DNA of 64,000 bases. Source: Dimorphilus gyrociliatus (Eukaryota > Animalia > Annelida). The notes below the pieces were generated by a model. It worked only from the letters and a program-made list of their open reading frames with translations. It was not told where the DNA came from and searched no databases. Positions within the stretch are counted from its first letter, which is position 1, and every line of letters starts with the position of its first letter. The stretch covers positions 558,001-622,000 of the forward strand of contig CAJFCJ010000028.1 of assembly GCA_904063045.1 (NCBI GenBank). The letters run 5' to 3'. This document shows positions 42,157-52,482 of this stretch, in pieces. Made by a program: the position numbers and the translations under genes.

Positions 42157-44023
42157 ATGTCGACCTCTTTCCCATTTACGACAAGACATACTCCCTTAAA
42201 CAACACGGATGGTGACATAAAGTTTTACGAAACCGTCCAGTGGATGATTGGTCTTTTCTTCACTCCAATCACCTGCATACCGGGAGTTGTTGGAAATGCC
42301 GCCATTATCATCATCTTCACGCAAAAGAATATGAGATCATCAACTAATGTTTACCTTATGGCATTAGCCGTATCAGATTTCTTAAAAGTATTCAACGATT
42401 TTCTCTACTTCCTGGTAGTATTATTTAAAGAAATTGACGATGATCTCCACCATTTAGCCTATGTTCATATGTATCCATACGCTCATTTTATATTTGGATA
42501 TTCCACTTGCGTTTCAGCCTTGTTGACAGTCAGTGTGGCAGTTGAAAGATATATTCTTGTTTGCCATCCCACACGGTCAAAGACGTGGACATCGATAAAG
42601 AAGGCCAAAATTTTTTCAGCAAGCATCTATATTATCGTTGTCTTGCTCAACATACCGCACATGCTAAGGTAAAATAATGAAATCTAGTCTTTTTAATTAA
42701 TCTCATTACAACATCATTATAACAAAAACAAAAAAAGTATAACATAAGAGAAATTCTAAATTTATTTCCAATTAAAAAGTTAATGCTTGACCGAAAAAGC
42801 GAATAGAATTTCCCCTAAGAATCTCAACCGGAAGTGGTAGTTATTTTAGCGGGGGATGACAGTGTTAAAAGCAATCGTAAACCTTAGGGAATTAAGAAAT
42901 CATCTAAAAGAAGAAAAAGAGTATATAATTATTCCTTCCATGTTCCATACATTGGAAATTAATCTAACAATTTATTAATAATTTTCATAATAAATATTTT
43001 AAACAAAGTCAAAAGAATTGTATGAAAAGAGACATTAGTATCTAGCACTATGATAGTTTTTATTTCCCTTGCGAAACAAAACGTCTCGTATTCCATTAAA
43101 AAGAGAGAGAGAGAGAGAGGTTATAATCGTCACCTTGAAGATATAAAAATTATTAAAAATGTTCAGTTAGGGCTTAGTCTACCAAATGGAAAGAAAAAAA
43201 AGATCAATTTTCTCTTGCTTTTATATTCCGTAATATGAAATATTAAAGTAAAAATTTGCTTTCTTTCTCTCCTCTCTTCCTTTTACCTTTTATGCGAAAA
43301 TTGCATATTTTTTAGTTGAACCTTTCGCTCTTCTAATTCGATCCATGTGCACTTCATTCATATATCATTCCTTCAAGTTTACATATTATATATGACTCTA
43401 TATTTCGTTGTTTTTACCTTCTTAGATATGAAAAAAGTGTCCAATTTAAAGTACTAAATGGTCGAAATGTTAGTGAGCCATCTGTAAAAGTGACTGAATT
43501 ATGGGAGAATAAAAAATTCGTAACGGCTATCAATTGGATTCAAAACCTTATCCGATCTATAATTCCTGTCTTCATTCTTATTGTTATGAACTTTTTTATT
43601 ATAAGAGCTCTTCGGAAAACAAGAGCAAATAAGAAATTGGCGTCCAGGAACAGAATAACTACAATGCTTATCATTGTTATTATATTTTTCCTATTATTCA
43701 TATGTCCTGATGCTATTATGTCGTTCTTCACTGGCTACACAGAAGAACCAGCAAGAGTCAGAGCCGTCAGAGAGATTACAGATTATTTGTTATGTGTTAA
43801 TTCAGCTATTAACTTTTTCCTATACATTATTTTTAACAAACTATTTAGAGATGCTTTTCTCGATATGTTCTGTACAAGATGCTTAAAAAGGTGGAGGAGA
43901 ACAGAGAGTAGAAGAGACGAACGGGAAAAGGAGTACCGGAAATTGGCTGATGGGAGTCCAAGACATCGTAGTAATATTAATGGAGTTGTCGATGGTAGCC
44001 GAACGGAAACGACAACAATTTAG
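42157..44023 (+). CDS. Class A (rhodopsin-like) GPCR of the FMRFamide/sex-peptide(MIP)-receptor-like peptide receptor group (369 aa)
   Basis: Exons 42157-42668 and 43426-44023 (phase-2 GT-AG intron). Motifs: TM1 GVVGN, TM2 STNVYLMALAVSD, TM3 VERYILVCHP, TM6 FICP, TM7 NSAINFFLY. An in-frame TAA at 42130 precedes the ATG, and an acceptor at 42127-42128 implies an upstream 5'UTR exon. Confidence 0.93.
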
Positions 44024-46503
44024 GACGTGGGTGTCCGGAAATTTTTTCTATAATGAAATCCATTTACTTTTTCATGGGGTTAAAAATTATAGGGCTTTAT
44101 TTTATCCAAAGAGGAAACGTCGGAAGGATCTTCCAGTATTGCTTCCGGCCTTTAAATATAATAATGGTTATTTATCAACAATTCATTACAGGTCATTAAA
44201 CAACCCGAAATAAGCCTATTATTGTTCTTGATAAATTCTTTCAACAAATATAAATTGACAAATAACCATATTAAAGTACTTAAGGGCTACTAATAATCCC
44301 TTCTCAGTAATAATTGACAATATAACTGTCAAATATTCGTGTTTCTCCCAATCCATCATATTGTCTTGTAATAATATTTTCAAAGGGAAAAAAAAAAGGA
44401 AAACTTTTTGTGTTTCATTCAAATCAATTACTTTTTTTTAACGACAGAAACAATGTTTGAATAGTTGTTTTATCCATAGAGAAAGAAAAAATAATCAATA
44501 CCATTTCAGAATCATCAATTCATACAAAAGAAAGCTAAAATTTAATAAGGTTATTCCAAATAATATGACACAATCAATTGAGAAAATATAAAAAGCATTA
44601 ATTTTTTCTTCATAATGTAAGTATTATGACATAAAACAATAAATTATGCATGATAAAAAAACGGTTGGTAAACTATGCAGTATTTAAAGATATCTATTAA
44701 AAGAATAATTTACAAATTACTTAAATTCTCATCGTAAGTCTACTATAAGTAACTTTCTTTATATTCTTGGATATTTTTCTTTTTTTTTGTTAAATAAACT
44801 AAAAAATGTTGAGCTGGTAAAATAATTAGAATGTTTACTGCAAAAAAAGGCAGTAACCATGACTGGAATTTAACGTGTGCCTTAACTATTCACTTTCTCC
44901 TTTCTCTCTCTCTCTCTCCTTTTTTTTCTGTATTCTGTATATAGTGTTTTATCCTGCCTTTTCTCAGCTTCAGGCCTATTTTATCTTTCATTTACATTCA
45001 CTGAAAATTATTAAAATATAAACAAAAAGAGAGAGAGGGAAAACGTGTAAAATCGAATATAAATAATTCATTTTGTCTTCATTTTTCTAGTAATATATAA
45101 TATAATGATTTATCATGAAGTCTATATGTAAAATACTTGTTTTATTGGTATGAGAATTATATAAATTTTCTGTTTTGTTAATTATATACAGTATATACAT
45201 ATATCTTATTCTACTACTGTTGTTTTATTTTAATAATTATGCTGTCAGTAATTTTCGGACACCCAAAAAGAAGGGAAGAATATATTTTTACTGCATATAC
45301 ATATATATATGTATATATACATATATAAAGTATGAATATCTTATTAGATATATAACTTTTTCTTATTTTGAGTTTTATGGCAGATACAATATGCATGTAA
45401 AATGTACAGAAATTGATTAAAGTATAAATGTGCAAGTACTTGTAGGAATTGCATATACATATACATATACTGTATATTGATATGCAGTATGTATTTAAAT
45501 TTTACCATTAAATATCTTTTGTATTGATAACTGTGTCTGCTTTTTAGATAAAAAAAAGAAAACAACAATAACAACAATTTATCTCGCACCAGTATTTTGT
45601 TGATGATTATAACGCACTTGATCTACATTTATTATGTTATTTAAGCAACAAAACAAATAAAATCAGTATTTATTTTCTTTTCATCTAACAAAAATATGAA
45701 ATAAATATTGCAAGAAAATTTAATAGTACAATACATTCGTTCTTTAAATATTTGTTTTTTTTCCTTTAAAAGTCATAAAACAACAACTTTAAAAATTATT
45801 AATAAGAAATTATTTGAAATGATAACTTTATTACTCTTTCAAAATAATCGAATAATAATCTTATTGCTCTCTCTAAAAAGATTACAAATCTTTTCGCTTC
45901 CCTCTTTGAAGATTTTTAGGAAGTATTAATTTTTGAAATTTAAGAGTTTAAATACTATTTAACGATATGAAAGGCAGAGAGAAAAGAAAATTAGATTAAA
46001 TTAGGAGAATTCCAAGAAAATAGTTTTTGAAAGTGACTGCAATTGTTAAAAGAGTTTTCATTTAATCAAAAGTATAACATTGAAACGAAATGCTACTGAA
46101 TTGTGATATATATTGTGGATTAACAGTTCTCTTGGATGGATTCTCTTTATTTACTTTATTCTGTACATTTTATTTCTTTTTTAAAGTTATTAATATAGAT
46201 GTTACTCTTTTTAAAATACAGCACATCTTGCTTTTTTTATTCTTTGACCTAAATGTTGTCGGTCTAAGATAGAATTCTTAATCCATAGCCGAACGATGAC
46301 AGGCTTTAGGGAGTCAATGCTAAACCTTGATAAAGATAAATAGGGGAACAAAGAATAAATTTAAGGACTAGTTTATGAAATTATTATCTTAACAGTAATC
46401 TTCCTATCGTCCCTCTCCCATCTTTCCATCACATAATACAGAATGTATTTTCCATGCCTATCTAGCCTACTTTGTCTAGCCTATATTGTCTACTTTTACT
46501 TGT

Positions 46504-46541
46504 ATCACATGATTTGTCACGTGCCGTTCAGATCATGTGAT
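46504..46541. promoter_or_regulatory. Cluster of three E-boxes (M-box, CLEAR-like, M-box) just upstream of the beta-mannosidase start
   Basis: ATCACATGAT (46504-46513), GTCACGTG (46516-46523) and ATCATGTGAT (46532-46541). The outer two form a perfect 10-bp inverted repeat, ending 39 nt before the ATG. They match MITF/TFEB-family site consensus. Confidence 0.55.
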
Positions 46542-46579
46542 TGTTTAGTTTGATATTTGATAGAAAAAAAAGGAGAAGA

Positions 46580-49500
46580 ATGAAATTCTTTATTATATTT
46601 TTAGTAATACTTGAAATAAATAGCGAAAAATATATTCCACTGGATGGTTTATGGTCTCTTAGATCAAATAGTAAGATAGAATAAAGAATTGTCACTTAAT
46701 TCGTCTTTAAAAGGAAAATTACATTCAACAACAATTAAATTTACAGGCAAAAACTTGACAAATATTCCTGCAACTGTTCCTGGTAATGTCTACACAGACT
46801 TAAGAGCGCATGGTATACTTAAAAAGCCACTATATTACAGAGATAATGATCAGAAATACAGATGGGTCAGTAGAGTTGACGATTGGACTTATACAAGAAA
46901 TTTTACAGGTTTTACCAAAATCAATTAGCTTAGTATAAACTAATAAGATAAAGAAGCTTAGCATTATTGTATTTTTCCATTCTTTCTATTCCAGTCTCCC
47001 AAGACGACATAAAACATGGAAAAATTGAACTAGTTTTCGAGGGATTAGATACAATTGCCCAAATCTATATAAATAAGATAATGATTTATGAAGCAACCAA
47101 TATGTTTCGACTCTACTCTTTTAACATAAAAAGCTTGCTGAAAGCGTCCTTGAACAGTATAACTGTAAAGTTTTCTTCTCCTATCAAATATTCAGCTGCA
47201 AAAGCATCTCAATATAAAAAGAGGTTTTCTTATGACGTTCCTCCAAAGTGCCCTCCAACTGTGCAAAATGGAGAATGCAATTTTAACTTTATCAGAAAAC
47301 GAGCGTCCAGTTTCAGTTGGGATTGGGGTCCAGCTTTTCCCGGAGTAGGAATTTGGAAAAGCGTCTACCTAAGACTCTACTCTTCTGCTACTTTAACTCA
47401 AATTGTCGCTTATCCTGTCAAAGACGGTAGAATTTTCAATTTATAATTATCTAACACTTAATAAAGCGACCAATAGATGGCGCCTATGTTTGGTACATTT
47501 TTTAGTAAAACTCGGTCTCGACCAATTCGATTATAAAATGTTAAATAAGTCGAATATTAAAGAGCTTTATTATCATTTATATACAGTATAGTATATAATA
47601 TATATACTGTATATATGCATAATATAGATAGTAATATAATATGTACTATACTACTGTATATACACTGCATATTTATATAAAACTTCTTTGTGATAGCCAA
47701 GTTGGGCTGGTTTGTTAAAGGCTCTCTATATTTCAACGTAGTTTTGGCTCAAAAAGGAAAATTAACCTTATCCATCGCCAATGTTATTAAAGTAAGCAAT
47801 GACGTAGTACTGTTTGCTGATGAGCATAAATACGACTTCTCAATGCATGTCATCCGAGTAAGTTAATTTTCGAATCTATTTAACTTAAGATTTTACAAAC
47901 ATTCTAAGAGGTAATAGATACCGCTCTTTAGTTTTATTTTAACTTTGTCCTTCCTTGCCTTCTCCTCTTCGACACCTAGCCAATAAAGCTGTGGTGGCCT
48001 AATGGCTATGGAAAGCAAAATCTGTACAATCTAACTATCAAGTTTACTACTTCTGACGAAAGTACTGAAAAAACAGTTGAAATCGGATTTAGAACAATAG
48101 AACTTATACGAAATCCAATTGGGAACGATAAAAAAGGAGATTATTTTTATTTTAAAATAAATAATCTACCAATATATATTAAAGGATCAAATTGGATTCC
48201 AGCTGATAGTTTTCCCAATGAAATAAGCGTTGCAAAATTAGAGTTACTATTAAAATCAGCTAAACTTACAGGAATGAATGCTTTAAGAGTTTGGGGAGGT
48301 TTGCAATCAAATAAATAATTCATTTAATTCAGAGATAATTATTTATATATTCCACTAATTTTAGGTGGAATTTACGAATCAGACAAATTTTATCAATTGA
48401 CCAATCAATACGGAATAATGATATGGCAAGATTTAATGTTTGCTTGTAGTATGTATCCAAAAGATGAAGAATTTCTTGTTAATGTGGCAAGGGAAATTGA
48501 CTATCAAGTTTTAAGGTTATCAAATCATCCATCTATAACTGTATGGTCGTTTAATAACGAAAATGAAGCTGCACTAAGAGAGAATTGGTACAACACTTCG
48601 AATAATTATCGCCAATACTATGAGGATTATATTAAATTATATATTAAGACCATCAAGGGAATTGTCGAAAAAGACTCCACTCGTCCTTCTACCCCTTCTA
48701 GGTAAGGAATTTGCATTATCACCCTGATATCATATCACACAACTCAAAGCTACTTTTTTATCTTTTATTACGAAACCAGTCCATCAAACGGTCTATTAAC
48801 TGAGAAACAAAATTGGGTTGCCAATAATCCTCAAGACCCACTTTATGGAGACGTGCATTACTATAATTATATAGGTGATAGCTGGAATTGGACAATATAT
48901 CCAATACCACGGTTTTTATCAGAATTTGGTTTGCAATCTTGGCCGTCAAGTTACACTATGAACACGGCTTTCGACAAATCGGATTGGTTCATCAATAGTT
49001 CAGTTGCTAGTAATAGACAGCATCATCCGAATGGTACTAAAGAACTAAATGCTCAAATTCAGAGTCACTTTAAAGATTTGCCAAAATCTAAAGACCCCAA
49101 AAAATATTTTGAAGATTTTATGTTTCTTACACAGGTTAGTAGGTATATATATACAATATATATTGATATTATACTGCATTTTTATTCTCTTTAATAAATA
49201 TAAATGATTTTCCTCTCTCTCCGTTTCTTCACATTTAGATTAACCAAGCTGAAGGAATACGGACAGAAGCCGAACTAATGAGACGTATGCAAAATTTTTT
49301 CAACAGTAAAGGGCAAGGCCATACTATGGGAACGCTATATTGGCAATTAAATGACATTTGGCAAGCGCCAACGTGGTCTTCAATAGGTCTTTTTTTCACT
49401 TTAAAAAACTAAACAAATAGTAAATATATTCTATTATACTATGCTTCTATCCAATAGATTATCTCGGCAAGTGGAAGATGTTACAATATTTCGCCAGGAG

Positions 49501-50140
49501 ATTCTACTCCAATCCGACTCTTTCAAGTTATATAGATAATGATGTTATTAAATTACATTTTCTACAGGATATCTTACCCAATAATGACACAAACGACAAT
49601 AATCTAAGATTTAGGTCTTTGCTAAACCTAGAGCCCGGAAACTATGTCAAAAAGAGTCTTTTAGTTTTAAAAGTAATAGTCTTCAAATGGAGTTCTTTAA
49701 ATCCTATTGCATCTCAAAAGTTTAATATCCAACGGCCAATTTATTCTTCTGCGGAAATATATCAACAAAATATTAGACAACTGTTACAAATGGCAAATGC
49801 TTCGAAAAGTGAACTCTTTCTTGTCTTTGAAGCCACTTCCGACAATATAATTCTGTATAATTGGATACCTCTCGCCTATTATAAAGACATTAATCTTCCT
49901 AAACCCAAAATACAAATTAAGGACTTAACTAAAAAAACAGCAACCAAGTTTACAATTGAATTATCTACTGATAACATTGCTGCCTACGTTTGGCTAGAAG
50001 TTTATGAATGTCAGGGTTATTTTTCGGAAAACGGTTTCTTAATGTACAGGAGAGAGTATCAAGTGGAATTTTACAGTTGGAAAGAATGCAATAATCTTAA
50101 TGATATAACAGTTAAGACTTTGAACCATTTATATAATTAA
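46580..50140 (+). CDS. MANBA: Lysosomal beta-mannosidase, glycoside hydrolase family 2 (895 aa)
   Basis: Nine exons: 46580-46670, 46747-46908, 46995-47426, 47697-47857, 47980-48298, 48365-48701, 48780-49134, 49239-49386, 49458-50140; total 2688 nt. Signal peptide plus motifs FEGLDT, SFSWDWGP, LWWPNGYG, KGSNWIP, RVWGGGIYE, WQDLMFAC, NNENE (acid/base), RFLSEFG (nucleophile), LYWQLNDIW. Confidence 0.96.
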
Positions 50141-50348
50141 TATCAATATTTGCTTTTGGTAAAAGAAAATTTATTAAAGATTATTATTTCTTTCACCAGA
50201 GTAACTTTGAGATATTTTACATCCATATCTGTACACCTTTTTACATTTAAAAAAATACGACTTAAGAAGAGAATCCATACAGCATGCTTTTTTTCTTCTT
50301 TTGAAAAAAACAGCTTTTATACGCTATATGTAACAGTCAAAACAATTT

Positions 50349-52035
50349 TTAATCCTGCTCCACGTCCAACATAGACGAATCCAATTTCGTCTGATTATTT
50401 TCGTTAGGCAAGTTGGAACTTTGCAGTGTTGGTGGTAATATATGATCTTCGCAAAATACAAGGTCGGGACAATGGGAGATAATAGGTTTTCCGCAATCTT
50501 CTCTTAAACACTTCGAAAAAAGCTGTTAAAATCAAACAAAAACAGTTACTAAACAAGACTTTTCGATTTTGAAGATAGTCACTTACTACTTGTTCAGAAT
50601 CACTTAAAATGTGCTGCAAGCAGTGCTTGGTGGCAGGCAGGACTGGCTCTTGACAATTAGTTTGGACGCAGAGTTCAGTGTCATCGATCTTCTTTTCAAT
50701 TCCTTTGTTCTTTTGAGCTTCGTGCAGCAATGCTTCCTGATAACAATTTACTTATTAAAAAAATTCATTTCACTTGTAAAAGATAATGAAAGATAATCTA
50801 TTTAAATCCCTGCTCAAAGATCCCTCAGATTTTTCTTTCAATTAATCAATGTTTTAATAATAACTATTCTTAAAGAAAAGATATAATACAAAAGAATTTT
50901 ATTGTGATAGATTTACTAACAATTCCGGATGGCTTATGAAAATTCTTCATCGCCTTCATGCATTCGTAGTCATAACGTTGTTCGGGATCATATTTAGCAT
51001 GTCTCGTACTTCCGTAGCCTGTTTCCGCTTCAATTTTTCTTGCCAACATATACTTTCTTCTCTTCTGCTTCAATTCGTACTGAAACAGGAGCAATAAATA
51101 TACAATTACTTCGTAAATAATGTCCTATTAGAAAGATATGCATATATACATATATATATATTTTAATACAAACTTGTAAATAGCGAAATTGTTCTATATA
51201 TAATGTTTGTAGTCTCATAAGCTTCTCTTTCATTAGGGTTGCAAGTTCTTCAGGTGTATATACTCCCGCATTGCTAATAAACGAAATATTGCTCTTAATT
51301 GGCATTTTTGATATGAACTGAGTCTTTTGTTTAATATAAATGAAATTAATAAGCACTTTAGAGGCTCCGCAGGTTCATTGTCCAAGCTGTCATTGTCGCT
51401 ATCATCTTCTCCAGTCCATGTGTTAGAAACACACATACTTTCGAGATCTGATTCGTCTGACCCATTTGGTTCACCTGTTGAAAGAAAAAAAGGATAAACA
51501 AAAATAGATTTAATATTTTATATAGATTTTATATAAATTAGTTTAAGATAATATTTCATTATTCTTTTAGTTAATTATACACTTTATAATAAGAAATATT
51601 GGAAGTATTCTTACATAAAACTTTCTTGGCTAAACTTTCTTGAATTGGATCAATGCTTGTTGGATTTTTAACTGCATATTTATCCAGTTGTCCTAATAAA
51701 TTGTCAGGCGTATCTTTTACGCCGCGTTTTTTCTTCAACTTTCTTCTTTGAGCTTGTGTCTTTTTTAAATGATCGTAGCACATTCTATAAAAATATCATA
51801 TGACTTTAGATGAGTGCTATCTTTAACTAATAATTTTTACTTACAGCTCTTTACAACCACTTCGGTCACTCCGCAGAGTCGGCTTACAGCATCTTCGTGC
51901 AGTTTTGGCATCGGTATATGTACATTGCTGCAATTGACTATTTTTGTCTTCTAATAAATGGCTTGTACAATAGTCGTATCCATCGTGTTTATTTCGGAGA
52001 CACACTCGGTGTGGATAGGCACAATATATATCCAT
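50349..52035 (-). CDS. KANSL2: KAT8 regulatory NSL complex subunit 2 (353 aa)
   Basis: Seven coding exons: 52035-51845, 51784-51615, 51474-51357, 51273-51174, 51079-50921, 50736-50587, 50522-50349; total 1062 nt. Probable 5'UTR intron 52173-52047. N-terminal C/H zinc-finger-like region (CAYPHRVC...YCTSHLLEDK), AGVYTPEE...MKEKLMRLQTLYIEQF, GIEALLH, LPATKHCLQHI...QVLFSKC. Confidence 0.92.
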
Positions 52036-52174
52036 TAACGGTTAATCTGAAAATTTTGGCGGGTGTGTAAGTAACGCCATCTACTAGTCTTTGAAAATTA
52101 GAAGATAATATGAATTTTCCTATTCACGCAATTTTTAAATCCTTGCTAGCTAAATAAATTATTATGTATTTACC

Positions 52175-52482
52175 TGGAATGTTACATAAAATATCACACG
52201 ATTACCGTTCCTTTTATCGAGAAAACGGTGATGCGTATGAGATTTTGATGGCCGATCCAAAAGGAAGCTTCGTAATCTTAATTGCGGGACTACAATTCAA
52301 TAATACTTAATATAAAATCGCGACAAAAAATACCTTTCTAAAATTTATTATAAATTTATTTCAGCGAGTAGATATAAATGTTTTTTCTTTATTTTCTCGT
52401 ATTTTAATTTTTTTTAAAACATTTGAAAGAAGAATTTTTTAGCCAATGAGCGTCGAGAAATTATTCAATGCGGGAGGGATTA
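52175..52482. promoter_or_regulatory. Short bidirectional promoter region shared by KANSL2 and cyclin T
   Basis: Divergent genes whose start codons are 448 nt apart. CCAAT box AGCCAATGAG at 52441-52450, locally raised CpG. TSS positions are not determinable from sequence. Confidence 0.55.

Noticed and set aside
50737-50920. Longest KANSL2 coding-region intron as a snoRNA host, by analogy with vertebrate KANSL2 hosting SNORA2-family RNAs
   Set aside because: An ACA and an ANANNA box are present, but I could not fold two convincing hairpins with correct spacing; a Rfam scan would be needed.
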